A stretch of 64,000 nucleotides of DNA, from IMG/VR virus record IMGVR_UViG_3300031823_000001, positions 1 through 64,000 of that record; one strand, given 5' to 3'. The stretch comes from a virus. Position 1 is the first letter of the stretch, and each line of letters begins with the position of its first letter. The notes below the pieces were generated by a model that did no database searches, had not been told where the DNA came from, and saw only the letters and a program-made list of their open reading frames with translations. The translations under genes were made by a program, and so were the position numbers. Positions 44,414 through 53,132 of this stretch are shown in pieces.

Positions 44414-45439
44414 ATGACCGAGCTGGCGACCACTTCGGCCGGCGGGCAACTGGCGCTGGCTCCCGGCGGCGGCCTGCGGCCCCGCGTGGCATCGCGCAAG
44501 TCCGACGACTACGTTGCGCAGATCGAGGCGCGGCGCTCGCGGAACAACGGCGTCTCGCTGACCCGCGAGGCCAAGGTCCGCAAGATGGCCTTGATCTTGT
44601 CGGACGAGATGCACGGCTTCCGCCGGCTGGGCGTCGGGATGGTCGGCCCCATCCAGCTCAAACTCCGGTACCAGGGCATCGTCCGGAACGTGCTGGTCGA
44701 GGACCCGGTCACCCCGGGCACCCCGGTGGAGTACGACGTCTGGGACGACCTCGGCCAGGCCTACATCCTGTCCGGCACCGAGGGCGAAGTCCGGGTCACG
44801 CCGTTCGAGGGCAAGCGCATCCCCGTCCGGTTCTTCCGGATCGCGTCGCGCCCCGCGCTCCGCAAGGAGGACCTGTTCTACCTGCGGATCAACGCGGTCG
44901 AGCAGGCGCAGGACGAGACCAAGCAGGCCATCCTCAAGCAGGAGGACGCCCGGCTGCTGGTGCTCCTCCAGGCGGCGATCACCGACTACGCCACCCGCCC
45001 CGACCACGTGGTCACGCCCAACCACAACATCACCGAGGCGTCCGGCTACCTGACTCCCGGTAGCCTCTACAGCGCGGTCGCCATGACCGACCTGCACGAG
45101 CTGCCCTCAGCCCGCATCCTGATCAACCCGTTCGACTACCGGGACATGTTCAGGTGGGACATCAACCAGACGGGCTGGGCCTTCAAGGACCGGGTCGTCG
45201 CGGGCGAGACCATCACGAGCTTCGGCGAGTTCCAGATCCAGCGGAGCATCATCGTCCCGCAGGCCAAGATCTTCCTCGCTCCCGAGCCGAATTTCCTCGG
45301 AGTTTTCCCGATCCTGTACTCTTTGGATGTCGAAGAGAACCACAATGTTGAAGCATTCTGGAAGGGATGGGTATTCGACGAAATGATCGCGATGTCGATT
45401 CTCAACCCAAGAGGCCTAGCCTCCATCACGAAGAGCTGA
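44414..45439 (+). CDS. Major capsid protein
   Basis: KSDDYV...MVGPIQLKLRYQGIVRNVL...YDV.DDLGQAY...ITPFEGKRI-like...WDINQTGWAFKD...LNPRG; strongly recalls the Bxz1/Cluster C MCP. Confidence 0.92.
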   Translation: MTELATTSAGGQLALAPGGGLRPRVASRKSDDYVAQIEARRSRNNGVSLTREAKVRKMALILSDEMHGFRRLGVGMVGPIQLKLRYQGIVRNVLVEDPVTPGTPVEYDVWDDLGQAYILSGTEGEVRVTPFEGKRIPVRFFRIASRPALRKEDLFYLRINAVEQAQDETKQAILKQEDARLLVLLQAAITDYATRPDHVVTPNHNITEASGYLTPGSLYSAVAMTDLHELPSARILINPFDYRDMFRWDINQTGWAFKDRVVAGETITSFGEFQIQRSIIVPQAKIFLAPEPNFLGVFPILYSLDVEENHNVEAFWKGWVFDEMIAMSILNPRGLASITKS

Positions 45440-45486
45440 GTCTTTCTTGCTCATGACTCTACGAAGGTTCTGAGCAAACAAGACGC

Positions 45487-45534
45487 CAAACACTCACCTC
45501 TTCCGGTATCCTATCCGGAGGAGGTGGGTGTTTG
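45487..45534 (+). promoter_or_regulatory. RBS-sequestering hairpin with -10-like TATCCT in the loop
   Basis: CAAACACTCACCTCTTCCGG-TATCCTAT-CCGGAGGAGGTGGGTGTTTG, ATG 2 nt downstream. Confidence 0.8.
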
Positions 45535-45536
45535 TC

Positions 45537-46559
45537 ATGGCACCGAAGTCTAAGAAGGATCAGTACATCGATGAGGTCAAGCGCCTCTATATCGACGGCC
45601 TGAAGTCTCTCGGCGAGATCAGCGAGATCCTCGGCCCGAGCGTTCAGACGCTCTCACGGTGGCTCGGTGAAGAGGGCATCGAACTGGCCACCCGGCCGAG
45701 GAACCCGAACGCCGGGCGCAGCGAGGCCGAGCAGCAGAAGATCAACGAGAGGATCGCCGCTCGCCAGCGAGAGCGCATCGGCGCTGGCGGCCACCATGGC
45801 GGCCGGTCGCGCGCGATCGACCGCGAAGACCGGGAGTGCGAGAATCCGGCTTGCTCCGAGATTTTCGAGGTCCCCGTCACTTCTCCGCAGCGGTTCTGCG
45901 GTCTGACGTGCGCCAGGTCCGTCGGAAACAAGGACCGCTGGGCAGACAAGAAGAAGATGACCACCTGCCCGTGTGGTGAGGTCTTCTACAGTCCCTACCC
46001 GAAGAAGTACCACTCCGACGAGTGCCGGGCTCAGTACGCTGCTAAGCGCCAGAAGGACCCGGCCAACACCCTGACCGGCACCTGCCAGAACCCGGGGTGC
46101 CCGCGCGAGAACAGCCAGTTCACCTACCCGAAGTCCCAGGGGCACCGACGCTACTGCTCCGACAAGTGCTCCCAGGAGCACACCAGGCCGAACGAGCCGC
46201 TCAATGGCCTGGAGGGAGCTTTCAGGGGACTGTGCTACCTCCTGGATGTCGGATGCCGCCGTCCCGACGGTAGCGAGCAGGTCACCTGGGGAGAGCGCGG
46301 CTCTTACGCACCGGACTTCATCTGCGAGTGGCGCGGCGAGGTGATCGCCGTTGAGACCAAGGGTGATCACTGGGTCAAGGAGGACACCGAGCCGAAGCAC
46401 GCGGCCTGGCGCGAGCAGCGCGGTCCTCTCGCGATGCTGTTCAAGGACGACCTGCGGACGCTTCGTACCGCGCCGTCGGCCGACCGCTTCTGGTCGATGC
46501 TGCGCTACCGGGCGACAGGAGGATCTTCGCTGTTGAGATTACAGCTTTTCTTGATATAG
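45537..46559 (+). CDS. Free-standing homing endonuclease-like protein (HTH, Cys fingers, PD-(D/E)xK domain)
   Basis: LKSLGEISEILGPSVQTLSRWL HTH; FCGLTC, YCSDKC repeats; SYAPDF...IAVETKG. Confidence 0.8.
   Translation: MAPKSKKDQYIDEVKRLYIDGLKSLGEISEILGPSVQTLSRWLGEEGIELATRPRNPNAGRSEAEQQKINERIAARQRERIGAGGHHGGRSRAIDREDRECENPACSEIFEVPVTSPQRFCGLTCARSVGNKDRWADKKKMTTCPCGEVFYSPYPKKYHSDECRAQYAAKRQKDPANTLTGTCQNPGCPRENSQFTYPKSQGHRRYCSDKCSQEHTRPNEPLNGLEGAFRGLCYLLDVGCRRPDGSEQVTWGERGSYAPDFICEWRGEVIAVETKGDHWVKEDTEPKHAAWREQRGPLAMLFKDDLRTLRTAPSADRFWSMLRYRATGGSSLLRLQLFLI
46540..46557 (+). promoter_or_regulatory. 18-bp phage promoter/operator motif
   Basis: TACAGCTTTTCTTGATAT with TATAGT. Confidence 0.8.
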
Positions 46560-46662
46560 TCACGGCATCAGGGAAGTGACTGATCCCACGGAGCGCCGCC
46601 CTACGGGAGCGGAACGCCATGGCACGCAGCACCCCGTCCGGTACTCAGACGAGGAGACAGCA

Positions 46663-46848
46663 ATGCCGCAGATCATCAGGACCGCCGAGGAGATCGACGC
46701 TGCCAGGGACCGCGCCCAGAAGGCGGCGTTCGACGCCGAGGACGCCGGGGACACCTACGACGCCGCCGAGGCCGTGTACGGCTTCATCCAGTGGATATTC
46801 GGGGACTCGGACACCGACCCGACCCTGGAGATGGCCGAGGAGGACTAG
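46663..46848 (+). CDS. Small acidic hypothetical protein
   Basis: GAGGAG RBS; MPQIIRTAEEID...WIFGD..DP. Confidence 0.65.
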   Translation: MPQIIRTAEEIDAARDRAQKAAFDAEDAGDTYDAAEAVYGFIQWIFGDSDTDPTLEMAEED

Positions 46849-46897
46849 GCGGTACCAGCAGAGAGCCGGCCCGGTGATCCGGGCCTACTCTTCTCAT

Positions 46898-46915
46898 TAC
46901 AGCTTTTCTTGATAA
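46898..46915 (+). promoter_or_regulatory. 18-bp motif, leaderless start
   Basis: TACAGCTTTTCTTGATAA; TAAGCT-N7-ATG. Confidence 0.85.
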
Positions 46916-46925
46916 GCTGTCCTCC

Positions 46926-47141
46926 ATGAACGACAGATTGAGCGTAACGCTCCCCGACGGCACCAAGTGCTGGATGTACGCAGACCAGTTGACGTCCCGC
47001 CCGGTGAACGAAGCCGCAGACTGCGAGTGCCGCCACACGTGCGCCGAGGACCCCGCCACCGCCTGCTCGCTGTCCGGCGACTGGCACGTCCACCCCGGCG
47101 AGCCGTGCCCGGTCCACCCCGACGCGCCCGGCGACCGCTGA
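46926..47141 (+). CDS. Small Cys/His-rich protein
   Basis: CECRHTC...CS..G.WHVH...PCPVH. Confidence 0.6.
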   Translation: MNDRLSVTLPDGTKCWMYADQLTSRPVNEAADCECRHTCAEDPATACSLSGDWHVHPGEPCPVHPDAPGDR

Positions 47142-47575
47142 TGACCCCCGAGGGGAAGCGCCGGCACTACGCCGCCGAGCGCGTCATCTACACGGCGGTG
47201 AAGCTGGAAGAGGCGGCACTGCTCGTTCGCATGCGGACAGAGGACCTGGAGAGGAGGCTGCGCGCAGCCGTTGACTGCGGCATCCTTCCGGACGACCTGA
47301 AGGCGATGACCCGGAACCCGGACGGCACCGACGCCGGGGCCATTATCGACCGCGTCTACCGCGAGTACCTAGACGACGAGTTCGAGGTGACCGGCCGGGA
47401 CACGGTGATGTACTGCCTGGCGCACAAGCGCAAGGTGACCTGGCTTCCTGGCCCCGCCTGGTGGATTCACGACAACGACCTGCCGCTCACGGGCAGCCTC
47501 GGGGACCCGAGGAGCTGCGCATCGATGTGGAGCGCACCCTCTCCTATTGAGGTAGCCAGGAAGGCAGCATCATGA
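47141..47575 (+). CDS. Hypothetical protein
   Basis: TGATG coupling. Confidence 0.55.
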   Translation: MTPEGKRRHYAAERVIYTAVKLEEAALLVRMRTEDLERRLRAAVDCGILPDDLKAMTRNPDGTDAGAIIDRVYREYLDDEFEVTGRDTVMYCLAHKRKVTWLPGPAWWIHDNDLPLTGSLGDPRSCASMWSAPSPIEVARKAAS

Positions 47576-47817
47576 TCAGCAAGGACGCGGGCGCGGCCAT
47601 GGCCCTCGCCTCCGGCATCCGGAACTGCAAGCAGTACGACGAGGAACTCTGGCCCAGCGTCGTGACCCGGATCATCACCGACCTCGACGAGGCGGGGCAG
47701 CAGGAGGCCGTAGACTGCATCGCGCACCTGCTCGGCGACCTGTGGGACCAGCTCCCCTACACTCCTGAACTCCGGGACAGCATCACCCGGATGGCGTCAT
47801 CCCTGGAGAAGCCATGA
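47572..47817 (+). CDS. Hypothetical protein
   Basis: ATGA coupling. Confidence 0.55.
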   Translation: MISKDAGAAMALASGIRNCKQYDEELWPSVVTRIITDLDEAGQQEAVDCIAHLLGDLWDQLPYTPELRDSITRMASSLEKP

Positions 47818-48086
47818 CCTACGAGGAAGCCGAGGCGCTCGCCCGCCTGGTCAGCCTGTGGAACGGCAGCGCGGTCACGCTGACCTGCGCGGCCGACGTC
47901 ATGCACGAGCTGGAGGAGACCGAGTACGACGGCGCGGAGGCGCCCGAGGTCCAGGTGGTCCCCTGGTACGAGCCCGGCCAGTGGAAGCTGACCCGGCACG
48001 ACTCCTGCGACGTGGTCGGCGGGAAGACGATCGAGGACGCGGTCATCGTCAGTCACAAGAACTGCACCGTCCTGGCGGAGTCATGA
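47814..48086 (+). CDS. Hypothetical protein
   Basis: ATGA coupling. Confidence 0.55.
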   Translation: MTYEEAEALARLVSLWNGSAVTLTCAADVMHELEETEYDGAEAPEVQVVPWYEPGQWKLTRHDSCDVVGGKTIEDAVIVSHKNCTVLAES

Positions 48087-48298
48087 GGTTCTCCTTCCTC
48101 GTGGACGTCGAAGTCGAGGACATCGAGCCCGGCAGCGACCAGGACAGGCCGCCCGCCGGGTACGCTCTCGCCGCGCTGAACGCCGCCGGGCTGCCGGACG
48201 CCTGGCAGCTTGACGGGTTCGCGGACCTGCCCTGGATAGCGGGCATTACCTCGGTGGAGCCGGCATCGGCTATGACGGGCCGCAAGCAGCGTAGCTGA
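48083..48298 (+). CDS. Hypothetical protein
   Basis: ATGA coupling; MRFSFLVDVEV. Confidence 0.5.
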   Translation: MRFSFLVDVEVEDIEPGSDQDRPPAGYALAALNAAGLPDAWQLDGFADLPWIAGITSVEPASAMTGRKQRS

Positions 48299-48299
48299 A

Positions 48300-48317
48300 T
48301 ACAGCCTTTCTTGATAA
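48300..48317 (+). promoter_or_regulatory. 18-bp motif, leaderless start
   Basis: TACAGCCTTTCTTGATAA; TAAGCT-N6-ATG. Confidence 0.85.
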
Positions 48318-48326
48318 GCTACTCTC

Positions 48327-48680
48327 ATGACAAACGACAACGGGGCCGGCCTCCGGGCGCTCTTCCACGGCCTGTGCACCTTCTGGGACATAGAGATCTG
48401 GGACGGGGAACAAGCCGGGGAGATGCCCGGCCCGTTCGACTTCTACCTGCCCTACGGGGCGGGCGTGTTCGTCGTCATCGCCCCCGGACCAGCCGACCGC
48501 CAGGCCGAGATCGGTGCCCTCCGGCAGCGGAAGGAGCAGTTCGTCGTCCTGGACCGCGACGACCTGGACAACCTCCGCCTGGCCAGCGGCCCGGAGGAAG
48601 CCAGCGAGACGATCGGCAACTGGATCGCCTACGGCACTCACGGGGCCGTGATGCGCCGCCACCCCGGGACCGCCCCGTGA
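48327..48680 (+). CDS. Degenerate PD-(D/E)xK-like protein resembling the C-terminal domain of 45537-46559
   Basis: LRALFHGLCTFWDI...FDFYLP...VVLDRDDLDNLRLA versus LEGAFRGLCYLLDV...PDFI...MLFKDDLRTLRTA. Confidence 0.6.
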   Translation: MTNDNGAGLRALFHGLCTFWDIEIWDGEQAGEMPGPFDFYLPYGAGVFVVIAPGPADRQAEIGALRQRKEQFVVLDRDDLDNLRLASGPEEASETIGNWIAYGTHGAVMRRHPGTAP

Positions 48681-48700
48681 ACAGAAGGCAGGGAAGCAGC

Positions 48701-48961
48701 GTGACTACCAACCTGAGCCAGGCCGTCCGGGACGCGGGGGCGTGGCTCGCGCTGCTCGAAGACAGCCAGGACGAACTCGACGTCACTCTCCTGAACGCCT
48801 GGCACTACCCGCCCCTCACCCTCGGCACCATCCGCGTCCTGTACGACCTGGCCCACGAGATCAGCGAGATCAGCGAACGGCACATCGCGGAAACAGTCGC
48901 CCGGCGGGAGGCGGCAGCCCCTCGAACGTCAGTCCCTCCCGGTAAAATACAAGGTAACTAG
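48701..48961 (+). CDS. Hypothetical protein
   Basis: GTG after GGGAAG. Confidence 0.5.
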   Translation: MTTNLSQAVRDAGAWLALLEDSQDELDVTLLNAWHYPPLTLGTIRVLYDLAHEISEISERHIAETVARREAAAPRTSVPPGKIQGN

Positions 48962-48978
48962 ATAAACCAGGAGGAAAA

Positions 48979-50010
48979 ATGGCCGCGTACTCTCCGGCGT
49001 CCGCACCAGCGAACATCATCAACCACATCACGGTGATCGCGGACGAGTCTTCGTCCATGAACCACCTGACAGAGACGCTGATCAAGGTCTTCAATAACCT
49101 GATCGCTCACCTCGCCGCCCAGTCCAGGTCCAACGGGCAGGAAACACGGATCACCGTCTACTTCTTCAATTCCCGGGGTACCAGCCGCTGCGTCATCTAC
49201 GACATGGACGTGCTGCGCCTCCCGACAATCGACGGCCTCTACAGCCCCGGCGGCATGACCGCACTGATCGACACGGTGCTGCTGTCGGTCGAAGACCAGC
49301 GGCTGATCCCGCAGAAGTACGGCGACCACTCGTTCCTCACCCTCGCCCTCACCGACGGGCAGGAAAACAACAGCAGGTGCACCTCCTCCGAACTCACCCG
49401 CACGATCGAGTCCGCACCGGAGAACGAGACCTACGGCGTGTTCGTCCCCAACCAGATGGGCGTGCACGAGGCCAAGAGGCACGGCTTCCCGGCAGCCAAC
49501 ATCTCGGTGTGGGACGCGAATTCCGCCCAGGGGATGGAAGAAGTCGGAAAGGTCATGCGCGACCTCTCCGACGCCTACATGGAAGGCCGCACCAAGGGCG
49601 TGCGGGGCTACAGCGCCCGCTCCGGAGGCGGCCTGTTCAGGATGCGCGACTTCACCGCCGCCGAGGTGACCACCGCCCTGGAGCCCCTCGCACCTGACAC
49701 CTACGTGGCGCTGAACGTCACCCACGACGGCCCGATCCGCGAGTTCGTCGAGGCGGCCGGCCTGATCTACGTCAAGGGCAGTTCTTTCTACCAGCTCACC
49801 AAGGCTGTGAAGGTGCAGTCCTACAAGGAGGTCGTCGTCGAGCACCAGGGGAGCTTTTACACGGGCGACGCAGCCCGGCAGATTCTCGGGCTGCCTGACT
49901 ACGAGGTAACAGTCCAGCCGGCCCGCAAGCCTGGCTGCACGATCTTCTTCCAGAGCACGTCGGTGAACCGCAAGCTCTTCGGCGGGACGCGGCTCCTGGT
50001 GATGCGGTAG
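48979..50010 (+). CDS. von Willebrand factor A (vWA) domain protein
   Basis: MIDAS: IADESSSM, GMTALID, LTDGQENNS; C-terminal KG..FYQLTK...FFQSTSVNRKL domain. Confidence 0.85.
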   Translation: MAAYSPASAPANIINHITVIADESSSMNHLTETLIKVFNNLIAHLAAQSRSNGQETRITVYFFNSRGTSRCVIYDMDVLRLPTIDGLYSPGGMTALIDTVLLSVEDQRLIPQKYGDHSFLTLALTDGQENNSRCTSSELTRTIESAPENETYGVFVPNQMGVHEAKRHGFPAANISVWDANSAQGMEEVGKVMRDLSDAYMEGRTKGVRGYSARSGGGLFRMRDFTAAEVTTALEPLAPDTYVALNVTHDGPIREFVEAAGLIYVKGSSFYQLTKAVKVQSYKEVVVEHQGSFYTGDAARQILGLPDYEVTVQPARKPGCTIFFQSTSVNRKLFGGTRLLVMR

Positions 50011-50076
50011 CTTGCCCCGGTGCCGGCAGACAAGACTCCGTTCCCCGGTGTCGCACGCGGAAGGTGAGGAGGACAG

Positions 50077-50343
50077 ATGATAGGACAGGACAGCGACGCG
50101 GCGGTCCTCGCGTCCCTGCGGGCCGAAGGTCCCTGCACCGTGACCGTGAAGCAGCTCGCGGCCAGGACCGGCCTCCCCCGGGTCACCGTGCGCACCTCGG
50201 TCACCGTCCTGGCGCTGGACGGCCTGGTGTGCGTGATCCCCAACGAGGGCGAGAGCGCCTACATGATCCGGCACCTGCACGCCGGCCCGGGGTCCTGCGA
50301 GCATTCCCTCGGGTGCACCATCCAGGAGGAGGGCGCGTCCTGA
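50077..50343 (+). CDS. Small winged-HTH protein
   Basis: TVKQLAARTGLPRVTVRTSVTVL..DGLV. Confidence 0.65.
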   Translation: MIGQDSDAAVLASLRAEGPCTVTVKQLAARTGLPRVTVRTSVTVLALDGLVCVIPNEGESAYMIRHLHAGPGSCEHSLGCTIQEEGAS

Positions 50344-50359
50344 GGAGGCGGTAACGAGA

Positions 50360-50388
50360 GAGCCCCGGCGGGCGGTCCGCCGGGGCTC
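50360..50388 (+). terminator. GC-rich hairpin, probable terminator
   Basis: GAGCCCCGGCGG-N5-CCGCCGGGGCTC. Confidence 0.6.
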
Positions 50389-50447
50389 CTCTGTGCTCAG
50401 GACATAACGTACCAGACAGCACCAGCGAAGCGCTTTATGATTTCAAT

Positions 50448-50681
50448 ATGCAGGACAATATGCAGCGGGACGAAGCACGCAAGGTTCTCCGGAGCGCCCT
50501 GTGGCTCGCCCGGGAACAGGCCGTGGGGGACCTGGAGGAGAAGAAGATCGCCCGGGAGCGAATCACCGACCTGGAGGCCCGCATGGGCATCGGGATGGAC
50601 AGCCAGCCGACCGCCGGCGACCTGCGGGAAGTGCTCGGCGACGGCGACGCGGAGATCAGGGCGGCCCTGGCGGCCTGGTAA
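50448..50681 (+). CDS. Hypothetical protein, probably leaderless
   Basis: TATGAT-N6-ATG; helical. Confidence 0.55.
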   Translation: MQDNMQRDEARKVLRSALWLAREQAVGDLEEKKIARERITDLEARMGIGMDSQPTAGDLREVLGDGDAEIRAALAAW

Positions 50682-50685
50682 TTCA

Positions 50686-50721
50686 GGGTCCCGGCCCCGT
50701 CCCTCAACGGGACCGGGACCC
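50686..50721 (+). terminator. GC-rich hairpin, probable terminator
   Basis: GGGTCCCGGCCCCGT-N6-ACGGGACCGGGACCC. Confidence 0.55.
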
Positions 50722-50804
50722 CGGGGGGCGTGCATCCGGTCTCGGGCCGCTTGAAACCGGGAGCACTATGCCGTTATTACACCATTATTACTGACAGAGA
50801 GCAA

Positions 50805-51044
50805 ATGATTACTCCAAGTAGTGAAAATAGCGAATGGTTCAAGTCCACGGACAGCTTCGCGAACGGCAACTGCGTCGAGGCGATGCGCTCAGGCGACACC
50901 GTGCTGGTCCGGAACAGCAGGAACCCGCTCGGCGCCGTCCTCAGCTTCACCCTCGCGGAGTGGGAAGCGTTTATCGGCGGGGCGAAGCTCGGCGAGTTCG
51001 ACCTGGACGAGGACGGAAAACTCGCCCGGTCAGACCCCCAGTGA
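50805..51044 (+). CDS. DUF397 family protein
   Basis: WFKSTDS..NGNCVEA...VLVRNSR.P...L.F...EW.AF..G...GEF. Confidence 0.88.
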   Translation: MITPSSENSEWFKSTDSFANGNCVEAMRSGDTVLVRNSRNPLGAVLSFTLAEWEAFIGGAKLGEFDLDEDGKLARSDPQ

Positions 51045-53129
51045 CTCCGACGGCTGCTGGAACCCGTAAGCCGCCGGCGGCGGCTCCTCCTCCGGGATCA
51101 GCGGCCCGTTCACCTGCTCGATGAAGGCGTAGTCGGCCGGGACGCGGGTGTAGGTGCCGAGCACGGAGGCCAGCTCCCGGTGCGGCGGCGGGATGACGTA
51201 CGCCACCGACGCCTTCGGGTCCTCCAGCGCCGCGCTCGCCAGGTTGTAGGAGATCCCCGCCGACGCCTGCCACGGCGACGCGAACCCGGTGCGCAGCGTC
51301 GTCCGGTCCGGCACCGCGAGCTGGTAGCGGCGCCCGTCGGACCGGAAGAAGTAGTCCAGCGTGTTCACCCGGAAGTCCGGCGTGGACTGCACCGTCACCT
51401 GCCCGGTGTTCACCGTGCCCTTCGCGGTGCGCTGCTGGTTCTGGTCGGTGTCGGTCAAGATCGCGGGCCGCACGAGCAGCGCCCGCAGTCCCGGCACCTG
51501 CGCCGGGCGGGCCGCGATCACCTGGGTGCCGTAGCACAGGGTGCAGCGGAACTGGTTGCCCTGCCCGTAGGCGGCGCTGATCTGCGCTTCGGTGGCCGCC
51601 GTCGGCCAGCCGAGCGGCAGCGCCGTCTCCGGGGCGATGTCGCTGACCGTCTTCGCCGGGGTGTAGCAGCGGGTGCACCGCTGCGCCAGGCCAGCGCCGA
51701 TGTCCAGGGGCCGCCACATCAGGGCGAACATCACCAGCTCCCCGTACTGCCACAGCGCCTGGGCGTGACGCTGCCGCTCCTGGACGACCGTCCAGCGCTG
51801 CGCGTCCCGCTGCCAGGTGGGCTGCTGGCCCTTCGGCCGGACCGGGAACGGCAGCTTCGGCTTCGTATCCGCCGCCGCGCACAGCGACGGGGAGCACGCG
51901 AACGCTGCGGCCCCGTGGACGATCCCGGCGGGGACCGGCGTGAAGACGCCCGGCGCCCGGAAGGCCGCCTTCGGGAACGCGGTCCCGTGCGCGGTCCCGG
52001 CGAGCTTCGCCCCGGCGGACAGCGTTCCGTGCCCGGCGCGGCTGAGCACCGCCGTCCCGGCCAGCGCCGGGGCGGCATACAGCCGGGCCCCGGGCAGGTC
52101 CTGGCCGGCGGCGTGCACCTGGGCCTGGGCGGCGAGCTGCGCGCGGGTGACGGCGGTGCGCAGCGCGTGCGCCGACAGGGCGGCGGCTGACGCGAGAGAG
52201 GCCGCCCCGAAGGTCTTCCGGACCCCGGCCGCCCGCAGCGCGGCGGCAGCCTCCAGCGCCGCAGCACCCAGCTCGGTCTTGTGGGCCGCCCCTGCGGCGG
52301 TAAGGGTGCCGGCGGCGCTCAGGTGCCCCCTGGCGGTCCGGGAGAGCACAGCCGGGCCCGACAGCGCTGCCGAGCCGTGCATGGCAGCAGCGGCGTGCTC
52401 CGTGGCCTTCGCGGCGGCACTGACGGAACCCGGCGCGTGCAGCCCCGCCGAGGCGTTCGCTGTGTGCTTCCCGGTGACCGTCAGCACCGGAGCGGCAGCC
52501 AGGTGAGCGGCCGACGCCGACGTCGCGGCGGTCAGGTGCCCGGCGGCCGACAGGACTGCCGACTCGGTGACGTGCAGCAGCGCCGAAACGGCCATCGCCG
52601 TCGAAGCGGACAGGCGAGACGAGACGGTGTCGGTGACGTGCGCGGCAGCCGAGAGCTGGGTCCCGGCGTACAGCGCCGCCTGGCCCGGCATGAAGTACCG
52701 GCCGGAGACGGTCAGGCTGGTGCCCGCGAGCAGCCGGGCGGCGCCCATCCTCCCCGGGACCGTCAGCACCGGAGCGGCAGCCAGGTGAGCGGCCGACGCC
52801 GACGTCGCGGCGGTCAGCGCGGAGGAAGCGTGCAGCGCGGCGACGGCGTTCTGCTGGATTTTAGCGGTCGCGGCGAGCGCCGGACGGGCGATCATCATCG
52901 GCACGGTGCCGCTGGCTGTCAGCGCCGTGGATGCCGACAGGGCCGCACTGGCGTTCTTGATGACGCGGGCGAGGACCGACAGCGAGGCGCCAGCGGACAG
53001 CGGTGCTTGCAGGGCGACGGCGCCGACAGTCCCCGACCCGGACATCTGCACGGACGAGCCGAGGGTCACGGCGGTGCCCAGCGTCCCGCTTCCCGTCAGG
53101 GGCGCCGCTCCGTTGTGAGTGACGGGCAC
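51030..53129 (-). CDS. Neck/head-completion-like protein with N-terminal 19-aa repeat stalk
   Basis: Ala-rich 19-aa repeats, then ERQRH..AL.QYGE...LMW...RC.RC...C.LCYGT domain recalled from Cluster C-like virion genes. Confidence 0.65.
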   Translation of the reverse strand: MPVTHNGAAPLTGSGTLGTAVTLGSSVQMSGSGTVGAVALQAPLSAGASLSVLARVIKNASAALSASTALTASGTVPMMIARPALAATAKIQQNAVAALHASSALTAATSASAAHLAAAPVLTVPGRMGAARLLAGTSLTVSGRYFMPGQAALYAGTQLSAAAHVTDTVSSRLSASTAMAVSALLHVTESAVLSAAGHLTAATSASAAHLAAAPVLTVTGKHTANASAGLHAPGSVSAAAKATEHAAAAMHGSAALSGPAVLSRTARGHLSAAGTLTAAGAAHKTELGAAALEAAAALRAAGVRKTFGAASLASAAALSAHALRTAVTRAQLAAQAQVHAAGQDLPGARLYAAPALAGTAVLSRAGHGTLSAGAKLAGTAHGTAFPKAAFRAPGVFTPVPAGIVHGAAAFACSPSLCAAADTKPKLPFPVRPKGQQPTWQRDAQRWTVVQERQRHAQALWQYGELVMFALMWRPLDIGAGLAQRCTRCYTPAKTVSDIAPETALPLGWPTAATEAQISAAYGQGNQFRCTLCYGTQVIAARPAQVPGLRALLVRPAILTDTDQNQQRTAKGTVNTGQVTVQSTPDFRVNTLDYFFRSDGRRYQLAVPDRTTLRTGFASPWQASAGISYNLASAALEDPKASVAYVIPPPHRELASVLGTYTRVPADYAFIEQVNGPLIPEEEPPPAAYGFQQPSESLGV
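52476..52817. repeat. Exact direct repeat of about 60 bp (52476-52535 and 52758-52817)
   Basis: GACCGTCAGCACCGGAGCGGCAGCCAGGTGAGCGGCCGACGCCGACGTCGCGGCGGTCAG twice. Confidence 0.85.
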
Positions 53130-53132
53130 GGG

